DNA from: Candidatus Woesebacteria bacterium
Lineage (GTDB): Bacteria > Patescibacteriota > Microgenomatia > UBA8517
NCBI GenBank assembly: GCA_020060565.1
Contig: JAGVAE010000002.1
Location: 243,270 to 307,269, forward strand
Direction: 5' to 3'
Length of the DNA: 64,000 nt
Positions 1 through 9,813 of the stretch are shown here, piece after piece. A model generated the notes under the pieces. It made no database searches and was not told the DNA's origin. It was given only the letters and a program-made list of their open reading frames with translations. Both the position numbers and the translations under genes were made by a program. The first letter of the stretch is position 1. The number at the start of each line of letters is the position of its first letter.

Positions 1-171
1 AGACCCTCTTTTATAGATGCAGAGGATCCCTCAAAGGCAAGAATTTTATATGATCTTTTTGTGGCCAAACTTAGACAAAATGATATAAAAGTTGAAACAG
101 GAAGTTTTGGTGATTATATGAAAATAGAAACTGAAATTGATGGACCAGTAACAATTTTGTATGAAAATTAA
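1..171 (+). CDS. dtd: D-aminoacyl-tRNA deacylase, C-terminal fragment (5' end outside window)
   Basis: The frame is open from base 1 and translates as ...[22 protein letters not shown]. This resembles the conserved Dtd C-terminus (NDGPVT motif). The stop at 169-171 overlaps the ATG of the next gene. Confidence 0.55.
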   Translation, partial: RPSFIDAEDPSKARILYDLFVAKLRQNDIKVETGSFGDYMKIETEIDGPVTILYEN

Positions 172-775
172 ACTTGATGGAGTGGCTAGGATATTGTCCG
201 GTTTTGTACTAGTAATAGTAGCTGTGGTTATTGTTTTGACTGCATTTTGGGTAGGGTTTTCAAGAGGTTTTATTTATGGCAAAAATGAACAAATTGCTCA
301 GGATCAAAAATATATTTCCCAGATTGCTTCAGCTACAACCATTCCTGCTGCAACTTCCAAACCTGTTACTAAAGTTGTCTATGTGACTCCAGTTCCTGTT
401 TCTAAAATTACTTGGGGAGGGCCTCAATTATGGGAAGCAGTAAACAAAAGAAGGATAGAGCTTGGAGTAAACTCTCTATCTGTTCGAGACGAAATTTGTA
501 CACTTTCATCAATTCGTTTAAATGAGATTCTGAAATTGGGAGCTTTGGATGGTCATGCAGGGTTTAGTAAACTAGCAGAAAGAACCGACTTAAAACCAAC
601 TTTTGAAAAATACAACTTAAGTGAATTTTTGGTTTCAGGAGCTGATTCCCCCCAGGAAGCGGTTAACCTTTGGGAAAACACATTGGGGCACAAGGAACTT
701 CTAAGTGGTGGACAATATGTTTGGGGATGTATTTATGCTCAGGAGGGGTTTGGTGTGGCAATTGCTGCTTACTAA
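161..775 (+). CDS. CAP/SCP (YkwD-like) domain protein with N-terminal membrane anchor
   Basis: This is a 204 aa ORF with an N-terminal TM helix. The C-terminal ~110 aa ([19 protein letters not shown]) resembles CAP/PR-1 family signature regions. It is a paralogue of the ORF at 59035-59517. Confidence 0.45.
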   Translation: MKIKLDGVARILSGFVLVIVAVVIVLTAFWVGFSRGFIYGKNEQIAQDQKYISQIASATTIPAATSKPVTKVVYVTPVPVSKITWGGPQLWEAVNKRRIELGVNSLSVRDEICTLSSIRLNEILKLGALDGHAGFSKLAERTDLKPTFEKYNLSEFLVSGADSPQEAVNLWENTLGHKELLSGGQYVWGCIYAQEGFGVAIAAY

Positions 776-1356
776 ATCAATCCATTTCTTTTTAGGAACT
801 CATTCAATTTTTTCTTTGAAGTGAACTGGCGGCCGATAGAGACAAATAAACGATTTATGTCTGGCCAGTATTTTTTGGGTAATGTTTTTACTAATTCTTT
901 TTCTGTTTGCTGGGGGGTTTTGGTATGAACCCAACTTAAAAGATTACTAATTCTATGAACATGAGTATCAACTGCAATTGCTGGGATTTTGAAAGCTCTG
1001 TTTAAGATTAAGTTTGCAGTTTTTCTACCCACCCCTGGTAGTTTTATGAGTTCTTCCATTGTGTTTGGAACATAGATTATCTGGTTTGACAATTTTTTAA
1101 TGTGTTTTGCTTTTGTTTTATAGAATCCAACAGGGTAGATTAACTTTTCTATTTCTTTTGTTTCTAGTTTTGCAAGACTTTTTAATGTTGGAGCTTTTTT
1201 AAATAATCTTTTTGAAGCCTCAAGTGTTACTTCATCTTTAGTTCTTGCAGACATGAGGGTTGATATTAAGGTTTTGTAAGGATCGTCTCCAAACACTTCT
1301 AATGGGACGGTAATATAATGTTTTTTGAAAATGGTGAAGACTTTGGAATAATTCAT
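772..1356 (-). CDS. HhH-GPD DNA glycosylase, endonuclease III-like (no C-terminal Fe-S Cys cluster)
   Basis: The helix-hairpin-helix GPD motif [17 protein letters not shown]...AVDTHVHRI is present. The ORF extends to a GTG at 1374, and the first ATG is at 1356. The C-terminal 4-Cys cluster is absent. Confidence 0.6.
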   Translation of the reverse strand: MNYSKVFTIFKKHYITVPLEVFGDDPYKTLISTLMSARTKDEVTLEASKRLFKKAPTLKSLAKLETKEIEKLIYPVGFYKTKAKHIKKLSNQIIYVPNTMEELIKLPGVGRKTANLILNRAFKIPAIAVDTHVHRISNLLSWVHTKTPQQTEKELVKTLPKKYWPDINRLFVSIGRQFTSKKKLNEFLKRNGLI

Positions 1357-1427
1357 TTTAGGTGTGGAGAACACAAAAGGGGCCGGTCAAACCGGTGCCC
1401 TTTTGCTTTAAGTGTTCAATCTAAAGG

Positions 1428-1565
1428 TTATTTGCCTCCGATCTTGAACATGGTTGTGCCACAGACTTCACAAACAGCTTTTGTAGCTTTCTTACCATTC
1501 TTCATGGTAACTTCTTGTGCATCTTTTCCTTCTCTCTTGGCACGGCACTTTACACAGTACATCAT
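1428..1565 (-). CDS. small zinc-ribbon protein (CxxC...CxxC, 45 aa)
   Basis: This ORF is absent from the supplied six-frame track. The minus strand reads MMYCVKCRAKREGKDAQEVTMKNGKKATKAVCEVCGTTMFKIGGK with a GGTGAG RBS 7 nt upstream. Two CxxC pairs indicate a zinc ribbon. Confidence 0.5.
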   Translation of the reverse strand: MMYCVKCRAKREGKDAQEVTMKNGKKATKAVCEVCGTTMFKIGGK

Positions 1566-1586
1566 AAATTTCTCACCCCCTTTTCA

Positions 1587-1865
1587 TTAGGACAGAATAA
1601 ACTTACTCCAGGCTAAGTATACTACCAACTCTAGTATTATCACGAAGCTGACTAGGATCAGACTCTTTATTATGTCTTTTTTGATTCTGCCTTGAGTTTC
1701 TTCTTTTGCCTGAATCTCGGCTTTTTTTGAGGCTGATAGCTTCGTAGGAATTGCTTTTTCGTCCAATTGTGATTCCCCCTTGACATGAGCCTCGGAAGGA
1801 GCCCAAGAATACAAAAAATTATAATGTGGGTGCTCTTTGTTTTTGCGTGTTCTTGTTATTGCCAC
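1587..1865 (-). CDS. hypothetical Lys-rich protein with C-terminal TM helix
   Basis: This is a 92 aa ORF that fits the gap between flanking genes. No recognisable domain was found. Confidence 0.3.
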   Translation of the reverse strand: MAITRTRKNKEHPHYNFLYSWAPSEAHVKGESQLDEKAIPTKLSASKKAEIQAKEETQGRIKKDIIKSLILVSFVIILELVVYLAWSKFILS

Positions 1866-1939
1866 GGCACCAATTTACAACGAATACAAGTTTTTTACAA
1901 TAAATAATATGAGACGATGAGTTTCTAACGAATCAGACC

Positions 1940-1968
1940 TTGACACTTTTATTTCAAGATGTAAGAAT
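1940..1968 (+). promoter_or_regulatory. sigma70-like promoter (TTGACA-16-TAAGAAT) followed by a 7-bp-stem hairpin (1975-2001) upstream of the 2024 gene
   Basis: TTGACA lies at 1940-1945 and TAAGAAT at 1962-1968. The GCCTAAA...TTTAGGC inverted repeat lies between the promoter and the ATG. Confidence 0.4.
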
Positions 1969-2023
1969 GATTGAGCCTAAATATTGTTCAAATGTTTAGG
2001 CCTGCCAAAAACCTTAATATATT

Positions 2024-2467
2024 ATGCTAGTTTATATTGCTTTATCGGTTTTTGGTCTCTGGCTGATTATTGTCAGCCTGATTTTATTTAAAGAGTTTGT
2101 ACTTTTTAAAAAACTTACCAAGGGTGTTGAAGTTGACGACTTAAAAAAAGTCTTAGAAGGTGTTCTTTCTAAAGAACTTAAAAACGAGAAAAGGATAAAT
2201 GAACTAGTTAAATGTATAAACCAACTTGAAGAAGATGGACATTTACATATACAGAAAGTGGGGCTTGTCAGATTCAATCCTTTTAAGGAGTTGGGTGGGG
2301 ATCATAGTTTTTCCCTAGCAATTTTAGATGGTGAAGATAGTGGAGTTATTATTACCAGTCTTCATACTAGGGATAGAACAAGGGTATATATGAAGGAGAT
2401 TGTAAAAGGTAAGACAAATATAGAGCTTTCAGATGAAGAAAAGAAAGCACTAGTAAATGCTAAGTAA
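2024..2467 (+). CDS. DUF4446-like membrane-anchored protein
   Basis: The protein has an N-terminal TM helix. The central LVRFNPFKELGGDHSFSLAILDGEDSGVIITSL region was recalled as characteristic of DUF4446. Confidence 0.4.
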   Translation: MLVYIALSVFGLWLIIVSLILFKEFVLFKKLTKGVEVDDLKKVLEGVLSKELKNEKRINELVKCINQLEEDGHLHIQKVGLVRFNPFKELGGDHSFSLAILDGEDSGVIITSLHTRDRTRVYMKEIVKGKTNIELSDEEKKALVNAK

Positions 2468-2487
2468 AATAATGTAAAGTAAATAGT

Positions 2488-3729
2488 ATGCAAAAGTTTA
2501 ATTTAAATTTTAATAATCTTAAATCAAATAAGACAACTTTAATTGCCAGTTTTGTTGGACTATTTTTGGTTTCTATTGGATTGTCACTTCTTGTTTTTTC
2601 TTTGATTTCTCCTAAAGGAGCAAGTCAGTTGGTTAGTACAATAGCCCAAAAAGCTAGAGTGGATTTAACGGCTCCTAAAGTTGCTGAATGCCCAATAAAT
2701 GGGATGATGTATACCAAAGCTGAAAAAGATATATGGGAAAAGAGACGTCCAGTGGCTGTAATGATTGAAAACAATGTTGAGGCTCGTCCTGAATCGGGTC
2801 TTTCTAAAGCAGATGTTGTCTATGAAGCAGTGGCAGAAGGTGGAATAACCAGATTTACTTCAATTTTCTATTGTGGAGTTGCTGCTCAAAATGTCAAAGC
2901 GGCACCCATAAGGAGTGCTAGAGTTTATTTTATAAACATGGCTGCAGGATATGGAACTAATCCAATTTATCTTCACCAGGGTGGAGCTAATAATTTTTGC
3001 CCCGATTGTCCTGGAGGAGTTAAGTCTAGATTTGATATAGATAAAACTGTGGACGCGTACGCTCTTCTTGACAAGCTTGGTTGGAGGAATGGGTCGAAAG
3101 GGAATGGTATGGATGGAGGTTTTAATATTGGTTTTCCCATTGTTGTTCGTGATCAGTACAGGTTGAGTAGTACTCCAACTGCTTGGGAGCATTCGGTTGT
3201 TGCTGATATGGATGAGGTTTATAAAGAAGCTGATAAACGAGGATATAATTTTGAAGATGGGAATGGGGTTGCTTGGACTAAAGGATTTACGAAGTGGACT
3301 TTTCAAGATGGAAAAGCCGTTAGCTCCCCAACGGCCAGCGATATTAAATTTGGGTTCTGGAACAATCAGCCGGATTACGATGTTGAATGGAAGTATGATG
3401 CTACTACAAATTCATACATGAGATTTAATGGAGGAGTTGCTCATATTGATAATGAATTTGATAAACCACAAATATCTGCTAAAAATGTTGTGATAATGTT
3501 TGCTACAGAAAAAGGTCCAGTAGACAATGAAAAACATATGTTTTATCAAGTAATAGGGACAGGGAAGGCAAAAGTATTTCAGAATGGAACAGTGATTGAT
3601 GGAACTTGGTCAAAGGCCTCTGCACTTGACAGGGAGATATTTTATGATACAAATGGGAAAGAAATAGAAATGGTTCGTGGTACAACTTGGGTTGAGATAG
3701 TTCCTGCCGGAAATAACATTAGTTATTAA
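2488..3729 (+). CDS. DUF3048 (YerB-like) secreted or lipoprotein
   Basis: The protein has an N-terminal TM or signal sequence. The PVAVMIENNVEARPESGLSKADVVYEAVAEGGITRF block is typical of the DUF3048 N-domain. Confidence 0.55.
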   Translation: MQKFNLNFNNLKSNKTTLIASFVGLFLVSIGLSLLVFSLISPKGASQLVSTIAQKARVDLTAPKVAECPINGMMYTKAEKDIWEKRRPVAVMIENNVEARPESGLSKADVVYEAVAEGGITRFTSIFYCGVAAQNVKAAPIRSARVYFINMAAGYGTNPIYLHQGGANNFCPDCPGGVKSRFDIDKTVDAYALLDKLGWRNGSKGNGMDGGFNIGFPIVVRDQYRLSSTPTAWEHSVVADMDEVYKEADKRGYNFEDGNGVAWTKGFTKWTFQDGKAVSSPTASDIKFGFWNNQPDYDVEWKYDATTNSYMRFNGGVAHIDNEFDKPQISAKNVVIMFATEKGPVDNEKHMFYQVIGTGKAKVFQNGTVIDGTWSKASALDREIFYDTNGKEIEMVRGTTWVEIVPAGNNISY

Positions 3730-3730
3730 A

Positions 3731-4315
3731 ATGGCAGCATTAAGTGATCTTATTACTTCTAAAGTTAGGATAAAAATTTTGGAGCTTTTTTTCTCCAACC
3801 TTAAAGAGATCTATCATGTCAGAGGAATTGTTAGAGAAACCAGTGAAGAAATAAATGCGGTCAGGCGTGAGTTAACCAAGCTTGAAGCAGATGGGGTTTT
3901 AAGAAAAGAGCCTAGAGGAAATAGGGTTTATTATTCAGTAAGAAATGAACATCCATTCTATGGAGATTTGATTTCTATGGTAGCCAAAACCACAGGACTT
4001 GGGAGGCAGTTGATTGAAAATAAAAATAAAATAGGTAAAGCCTCTTTTATTATGTTTTCTGGAAAGTTTGTCAGAATGAAAGATAGAAAGAGAGAAGACG
4101 ACGTTGATATTTTGGTAGTTGGAGAAGTTGTTCTTCCTGAGTTGGCCTCTTTAATTCGGGTAGAAGAAAGTAAACGCGCTAGGGAAATTAACTATACTGT
4201 AATGAGCAGAGAAGAATTTGATTTTAGGAAGAAAAGACGTGATCCATTTCTCCTTGGAATTTTAGCTGGTAGCCGTGCTATGATTATTGGCGATGAGGAA
4301 GACTTGGTCAATTAG
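3731..4315 (+). CDS. winged-helix DNA-binding protein (putative transcriptional regulator)
   Basis: This is a 194 aa protein. The N-terminal region (KVRIKILELF...NAVRRELTKLEADGVL) is HTH/wHTH-like. Confidence 0.4.
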   Translation: MAALSDLITSKVRIKILELFFSNLKEIYHVRGIVRETSEEINAVRRELTKLEADGVLRKEPRGNRVYYSVRNEHPFYGDLISMVAKTTGLGRQLIENKNKIGKASFIMFSGKFVRMKDRKREDDVDILVVGEVVLPELASLIRVEESKRAREINYTVMSREEFDFRKKRRDPFLLGILAGSRAMIIGDEEDLVN

Positions 4316-5549
4316 CTTCATAATTTTAATAACATTAGCGGCAACTTATATAGGTTTGCCTATCAATAATAAATTTGATTTAAAATTGGGATTGGATTTG
4401 GCTGGTGGTAGCCGTCTTATTTTTGAAGCTGATATGACCAATATCCCGACTGAAAAAGGTAAAACCGCCCTGGAATCAGTTAAGAATGTGATTGAAAGAA
4501 GAGTTAATCTTTTTGGTGTTTCTGAACCATCAATCCAAACATCTAATTTTGAGGGTAAAGATAGAATAATAGTAGAACTACCGGGAATAAGCGATACTCA
4601 AACTGCAATTTCCTTAATAGGTCAGACCGCACAACTTGAGTTTGCTGAAGTTGTTGAAATACCTGCAACAGATACTGCTTCAGCCTCCTCAACTTTAATT
4701 CCAACAAACCTTACAGGAGCGGACTTGGAAAGTGCAGCTGTTGTTTTTGACAGTCAAACAGGTAAACCCACAATTTCTCTGCAGTTCACAAAAGAAGGTG
4801 GAGATAAGTTTGCAAAAATTACAGCTAAAAATATTGGTAAACCCCTACCAATAATACTTGATGAACAGATTGTTTCTGCCCCTACAGTACAACAAGAAAT
4901 TACAGGGGGGACAGCCCAGATTAGTGGAAGTTTTACCATTGATGAGGCCAAACAACTTGCGATCCAGCTTAATGCTGGAGCTCTTCCTGTTCCGGTTAAT
5001 CTTGTTCAAGAAACCTCAGTTGGGGCAACCTTGGGGGCGGTTTCTATTAAACAAAGTGTAGTTGCTGGGATTGTTGGAATTTCCATGGTTATGTTATTTA
5101 TGATTTTGGCTTATGGTAAGTTTGGACTAGTTGCTGATGTTGGACTTTTTATTTTTGGAGTGATCACACTTGCACTTTATAAATTAATTCCAGTTACATT
5201 GACTCTTCCTGGAATTGCTGGATTTATGCTTTCTATTGGAATGGCGGTTGATAGTAATATTCTTATTTTTGAAAGATTCAAAGAAGAAAAACCCAAACAT
5301 GCTTTATCTGATGCACTGGAAATTTCCTTCGGGCGCGCTTGGGATTCTATCCGTGACGCAAATATTGCAACACTTGTCACAAGCTTTATTTTAATAAATC
5401 CTCTTGATTGGTCAATCTTGCCTTCATCGGGCCCTGTAAGAGGATTTGCAATTACCTTGGCTCTGGGAATTGGGATTAGTTTATTTACAGGGATTGTTGT
5501 TAGCAGAAACTTACTAAGAATATTTATTAGAGAGGAGAAGAAAAAATGA
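4293..5549 (+). CDS. secD: protein translocase subunit SecD
   Basis: The 420 aa ORF begins with a TTG at 4287, and the first ATG is at 4293. It has an N-terminal TM helix, a large periplasmic domain and a C-terminal 6-TM SecD/SecF fold (LSIGMAVDSNILIFER). It is followed by secF with an ATGA overlap. Confidence 0.85.
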   Translation: MRKTWSISFIILITLAATYIGLPINNKFDLKLGLDLAGGSRLIFEADMTNIPTEKGKTALESVKNVIERRVNLFGVSEPSIQTSNFEGKDRIIVELPGISDTQTAISLIGQTAQLEFAEVVEIPATDTASASSTLIPTNLTGADLESAAVVFDSQTGKPTISLQFTKEGGDKFAKITAKNIGKPLPIILDEQIVSAPTVQQEITGGTAQISGSFTIDEAKQLAIQLNAGALPVPVNLVQETSVGATLGAVSIKQSVVAGIVGISMVMLFMILAYGKFGLVADVGLFIFGVITLALYKLIPVTLTLPGIAGFMLSIGMAVDSNILIFERFKEEKPKHALSDALEISFGRAWDSIRDANIATLVTSFILINPLDWSILPSSGPVRGFAITLALGIGISLFTGIVVSRNLLRIFIREEKKK

Positions 5550-6340
5550 TTAATTGGATGAAGTTTAGACCATTATATTTGGCTGTTTCTACTCTAGTTA
5601 TTGTGGGTGGGATAGTTAGTGTCGCCACTTGGGGACTTAAGTTTGGAATTGATTTTACAGGAGGAACTTTGATTGAATATAGACTTGCAAGTGGAGAAAA
5701 GAAGGTTGAAAGATATGGACAGCTTGAGGAAACCGAGCTTGAAAAAATTAGAAATGATTTCAAAAACGAAGGGATAGTGGAAGAAAGATTAGAGAGGGTA
5801 GGACCTACCATTGGACCAGAACTTGTTAAAAAAACAATTTATGGACTTGTTATTTCAATGAGTGCAATACTTCTTTGGATTGCCTATCAGTTTAAAAATA
5901 TGAAGTTTGGTATTTCAGCAACTGTGGCTACCATTCATGATATTTTGGTACTTGTTGGAGTTTATTCAATTGTAAGTCACTTTACAGGAGCTGAAGTTGA
6001 TTTTCTTTTTGTAACAGCGCTTCTTACTGTGATTTCATTTTCTGTTCATGACACTATTGTTGTTTACGATAGAATCCGTGAACTACACAAAAAATCTGGA
6101 GAGGATATTAAAGAATTGGCAAACCATGCCTTAAGTGAAACAATGACCAGATCAATTAATAATTCATTTACAATAATATTCATGTTGGTGGCTCTTATTC
6201 TTATGGGTGGGGAAACCACAAAATGGTTTTCAGTAGCACTTCTAATAGGGACCGTATCGGGAACTTATTCCTCACCATTTGTTGCAGTTCCAATACTTGT
6301 TACTTGGGACGAACTTCAGAAGAAGTTTAAGAAGAAATAG
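5546..6340 (+). CDS. secF: protein translocase subunit SecF
   Basis: The 264 aa product has the 6-TM SecF architecture with a DTIVVYDRIRE motif and lies immediately after secD. Confidence 0.85.
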   Translation: MINWMKFRPLYLAVSTLVIVGGIVSVATWGLKFGIDFTGGTLIEYRLASGEKKVERYGQLEETELEKIRNDFKNEGIVEERLERVGPTIGPELVKKTIYGLVISMSAILLWIAYQFKNMKFGISATVATIHDILVLVGVYSIVSHFTGAEVDFLFVTALLTVISFSVHDTIVVYDRIRELHKKSGEDIKELANHALSETMTRSINNSFTIIFMLVALILMGGETTKWFSVALLIGTVSGTYSSPFVAVPILVTWDELQKKFKKK

Positions 6341-7673
6341 TTTTTATTTTTTTAAGTAATTCTTCTTTTGTGTTTTCCACTTTTTTCTCAACCACTTCTT
6401 CAAATAACTTTTCTAAAATTTCTCCAACTTTGGGAGATGGGGGAATGTTTAATTCATTCATAACATCTTTCCCGTTGATCTTTAGATCTTTTAAAGAAAA
6501 TGGCTGTTTTTGGACTTCAATTAGTCTTTTTTTAAATTCTTCCAATCTCCAACTGGTTTCTCTAGCTCCTCCACCAAGTCTATCTGCTACACGAAGGGCC
6601 AACATGTCTTCAATGTAGGTGGGGGTAACATTTCTTAAGATTCTTCTTATGGCATTGTCTGTTTGATGTTCATCAACTGTAAATTGGTGCCAGCGAACTA
6701 GCGTTACAAACTTGTCTGTTTCTTTTTTTGAAAATCTTAATCTTTCTGCAATGTTTTCTGCAATTCTGGTTGATACCATTTCGTGGTTATAGAAAGTAAT
6801 GACTCCACTTTCCAATTTCCTATAAGTTTGGGGTTTGCCTATGTCATGAACTAGTGTCGCAAATCTTGTTATTGGATCTTCACTTTTACAGTTTTTAAGT
6901 GACATTAGTAAATGATTTCCTACATCATATATATGGTGTCTTCCTGGAGATTTTTGTTCTACTCCAAAACATTTTTCCATTTCAGGTAAAATTTTGTTCA
7001 AAAGACTAGTGGAACGGAACAAAACCATTCCCTCATATGGGTTGGGAGATTTTAAGAGTTTAAAAAGTTCGTCTTTCACTCTCTCTTTGGCGATTTTGTT
7101 TATTAATGGAACATTTTTTTTGATGGCTTCAAATGTTTCTTTTTCTATAGTAAAACCTAGCTCTGAAGCAATTCTTACCGCCCTCATCATACGCAAGGCA
7201 TCTTCACCAAAGCGCTCATTTGGATCCCCAACTGCTTTTATTTGTTTTTCTTTAATATCTTTCTGACCTGAGAATAAATCAATTACTTTTAAGTCTTTAT
7301 CAAAAGCTAGAGCGTTTATTGTAAAATCACGTCTTTCTAAATCTTCTTCTAGAGTCTTGCCCCAGGTTATTTTGTCTGGATGTCTGGAATCTGAATATCC
7401 CTGCTCGGTTCTAAAGGTTGTTATTTCAAATGGCTTAAGATTATCGTCGCATGACAAACCTACTGTGCCGTAGGTGTTGTCATAGAATCCATCTGGAATT
7501 ACCTTTAAAATTTGTTCTGGGGTAGCATTGGTTGTAAAGTCCCAGTCATTGACCAGTCTGCCCATTAGAACGTCACGTACAGCACCACCGACGATGTAAA
7601 TCTCATACCCTGCTTTGGTGAATCTTTCTAATATGTCTGTTACTGATTTTGGTAGATGGACATTACTTTCCAT
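6327..7673 (-). CDS. cca: CCA-adding tRNA nucleotidyltransferase with HD domain
   Basis: The nucleotidyltransferase head GGAVRDVLMGRLVNDWDFTT is followed by an HD domain with HHIYDVGNHLL and LVHDIGK. Confidence 0.8.
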   Translation of the reverse strand: MESNVHLPKSVTDILERFTKAGYEIYIVGGAVRDVLMGRLVNDWDFTTNATPEQILKVIPDGFYDNTYGTVGLSCDDNLKPFEITTFRTEQGYSDSRHPDKITWGKTLEEDLERRDFTINALAFDKDLKVIDLFSGQKDIKEKQIKAVGDPNERFGEDALRMMRAVRIASELGFTIEKETFEAIKKNVPLINKIAKERVKDELFKLLKSPNPYEGMVLFRSTSLLNKILPEMEKCFGVEQKSPGRHHIYDVGNHLLMSLKNCKSEDPITRFATLVHDIGKPQTYRKLESGVITFYNHEMVSTRIAENIAERLRFSKKETDKFVTLVRWHQFTVDEHQTDNAIRRILRNVTPTYIEDMLALRVADRLGGGARETSWRLEEFKKRLIEVQKQPFSLKDLKINGKDVMNELNIPPSPKVGEILEKLFEEVVEKKVENTKEELLKKIKTISS

Positions 7674-7711
7674 ATAAGTTAAATTATACCAGCATTCAAA
7701 GGTGTAAAAAT

Positions 7712-9313
7712 ATGAGATGGGAGGTACTACATAAAGGGAAAGTTAAGGATCCAATATCTATTATTGATATTCTTCTTAAAAACCGTGGAATTAAGAACAA
7801 AAAGATTTTTTTTAATCCCACTGATCCTTCCAAAATTTCTCTTAAAGACTTGGGAGTTAAATCATTAGAAGTTAAAAAATCTATAGAAAGAATAAAGAAA
7901 GCCAAAAAAAATAAAGAGTTTGTTATTGTTTATGGTGATTATGATGCTGATGGAATAACTGCTACTGCCATTATGTGGGAGAGCCTACATGCTTTTGGAC
8001 TTGATGTTTTGCCTCATATTCCCGATAGATTTGAGGAAGGGTATGGAATTAATGCTGAAAGTGTAAAAAACCTTAAAAACAAGTTTCCTAGACTATCATT
8101 GATTGTTACAGTTGATAATGGAATTGTTGCATATGATGGGGTTGAGGCTGCTAATAAACTGGGAATTGATGTTGTTGTAGTTGATCATCATACAAAAGGT
8201 ACTAAAAAACTTAAGGCCTTTGGAATTATTCATAGTATTGAGGTTTGTGGATCTGCCCTTACTTGGTTTTTTGGACAGCAATTGATCAAATCTACAAATA
8301 CTTTGGAGTTGGCTGCGATTGGAACCATTGCAGATCAACTTCCTTTGGTTGGAGTAAATAGATCAGTTGTTAAGTATGGTCTTGCAGCATTAAACAAAAC
8401 CAAAAGACCAGGACTTCTGGCTCTGTTTAAAGAAGCTGGAATTGAGAATGTTGGAACATATGAAGTTGGCTATATTATTGCGCCTCGTATTAATGCTGCG
8501 GGAAGGCTTAAACACGGACTGGAATCTTTAAGGCTTCTTTGCACAAAAGATAAAGTTAAAGCATTTGATATAGCTTTGGGAATTGGAAAAACTAACTATG
8601 AACGTCAGAAAATTGTTGAGGAAGTGGTAATGATGGCAAGGAAGAATGTTGGCGATCAAAAGGTAATTGTTATTGCGGGAGAGGCCTACCATGAGGGAGT
8701 GATTGGTTTGGCAGCGGGGCGACTGGTTGAGGAATTCTACCGTCCCTCAATTGTTCTTTCTACTAAAGGGAAAGTTTCTAAAGCTTCTGCTAGGTCTATT
8801 TCTGAGTTTAATATAATTGAGGCAATAAGAGGAGTAAATCTTCATTTGGAAGGTGGGGGGCATCCAATGGCTGCAGGTTTTTCAATAGAAACAAGCAAGA
8901 TTGAGATGTTTACTAGTCAAATAAATATTTTTGCTGACAAACTTTTAACAGATGAAATATTAGAAAAGAAATTAAAAATAGATTGTGAAGTGGAGTTTGA
9001 TCAGCTAAATTACGATTTGTTGGGCCAACTTAAACAGTTTGAACCAACTGGACTGGGAAACTTTGGAGCATCCTTTTTAACAAAAGAAGTGGAAGTGGTT
9101 GAGGCAAAAACTGTGGGAAGGGAGGCAAGACACTTAAAACTGAAATTAAAGCAAGGTGAACAAATATTTGATTCAATATATTTTGGTGGGGGAGAAATGT
9201 ACTCAACATTAAATCCTAAGGCTAATGTAGATGTAGTTTATAGTCTTGAGGACAATTCTTGGAATGGATACAAGAATCTTCAGTTAAAAGTTAGAGATCT
9301 TAAGACTAATTAG
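7712..9313 (+). CDS. recJ: single-stranded-DNA-specific exonuclease RecJ
   Basis: The product has a DHH domain (VIVYGDYDADGITATAIM, VVDHH) and a DHHA1 domain (GGGHPMAAGF). The ORF extends upstream to a TTG at 7649. The ATG at 7712 has an AAGGTG RBS and avoids overlap with cca. Confidence 0.8.
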   Translation: MRWEVLHKGKVKDPISIIDILLKNRGIKNKKIFFNPTDPSKISLKDLGVKSLEVKKSIERIKKAKKNKEFVIVYGDYDADGITATAIMWESLHAFGLDVLPHIPDRFEEGYGINAESVKNLKNKFPRLSLIVTVDNGIVAYDGVEAANKLGIDVVVVDHHTKGTKKLKAFGIIHSIEVCGSALTWFFGQQLIKSTNTLELAAIGTIADQLPLVGVNRSVVKYGLAALNKTKRPGLLALFKEAGIENVGTYEVGYIIAPRINAAGRLKHGLESLRLLCTKDKVKAFDIALGIGKTNYERQKIVEEVVMMARKNVGDQKVIVIAGEAYHEGVIGLAAGRLVEEFYRPSIVLSTKGKVSKASARSISEFNIIEAIRGVNLHLEGGGHPMAAGFSIETSKIEMFTSQINIFADKLLTDEILEKKLKIDCEVEFDQLNYDLLGQLKQFEPTGLGNFGASFLTKEVEVVEAKTVGREARHLKLKLKQGEQIFDSIYFGGGEMYSTLNPKANVDVVYSLEDNSWNGYKNLQLKVRDLKTN

Positions 9314-9498
9314 CCTTCGTAAGGGGATTGCCAGTTTTCTCTAACTTGCGGTGGGGTTTGATGTTTTTTTTCAGAAGGTAAAACCCTAGAAACCATTTCT
9401 ACTTTTGTTTCAGGATGTATAACTTCGTTGGGATTTCCATAAAAATTAGCATCAGTTGTTACTCCCAAGCCTTCGAATGTTAATATTCTTTCGCTCAT
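9310..9498 (-). CDS. hypothetical small protein (62 aa)
   Basis: A strong RBS (AGGAGGTGA, 6-nt spacer) precedes the ATG at 9498. The product is MSERILTFEGLGVTTDANFYGNPNEV... with no recognisable domain. Confidence 0.4.
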   Translation of the reverse strand: MSERILTFEGLGVTTDANFYGNPNEVIHPETKVEMVSRVLPSEKKHQTPPQVRENWQSPYEG

Positions 9499-9660
9499 CA
9501 GAATCACCTCCTATCATTGTTGTAATGTTGTCTCCATGTAAAAGTTCCACCTCAGAAATCTTACCAGATATAAAAATTTCTGCTAATTCTTTAATTATCC
9601 CTTCAGGCACTCCAGCCTGTTGGTTAAATGTTTGTCCGTTTTCTTTATTCATACTTTTGG

Positions 9661-9689
9661 CATTAAAAAACCTCTTTTTTAAAGAGGTT
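9661..9689 (-). terminator. hairpin plus U-tract (rho-independent terminator-like) inside the 5' leader of the 9498 ORF
   Basis: On the minus strand, AACCTCTT-loop-AAGAGGTT is followed by UUUUUU. It overlaps the 3' arm of an alternative 11-bp stem at 9686-9696 and 9707-9717. Confidence 0.35.
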
Positions 9690-9783
9690 AACGCTTGCAA
9701 AAACCAAAGCGCTAACCCCCTTAGGTAAGGAGGTTAAAGCGAATGACAATGGTTCTAGCCGTAAATATCATATTTGTATAGGT

Positions 9784-9813
9784 ATTATATCATGTTTTTT
9801 TGATATAATTCAA
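9784..9813 (-). promoter_or_regulatory. minus-strand promoter (TTGAAT-18-TATAAT) for the leader and 9498 ORF, overlapping the aspS -10
   Basis: The reverse complement of 9784-9813 reads TTGAAT tatatcaaaaaaacatga TATAAT. Confidence 0.35.

Noticed and set aside
1375-1400. Terminator hairpin GGCCGGT-caa-ACCGGTGCC downstream of the zinc-ribbon gene
   Set aside because: The stem is short and imperfect and the flanking T-run is weak. It is plausible but not strong enough to list as a feature.
1318-1590. Plus-strand ORF 1318-1590 (90 aa)
   Set aside because: It is antisense to the compact zinc-ribbon gene that has a good RBS. Its product has no features.
2032-3306. Antisense ORFs 2032-2277(-) and 2860-3306(-)
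   Set aside because: They lie inside stronger sense-strand genes (DUF4446-like and DUF3048) and have low-complexity products.
4754-5380. Small ORFs inside secD (4754-4951-, 4858-5061+ and 5177-5380-)
   Set aside because: They are embedded in the secD coding region in other frames and are spurious.
9452-9728. 82-aa minus ORF (9452-9700) and 90-aa plus ORF (9456-9728)
   Set aside because: The minus ORF has a TTG start and no RBS. It runs through terminator and antiterminator hairpins and overlaps the better-supported 62-aa gene. The plus ORF is antisense to these. The region is treated as a structured leader.
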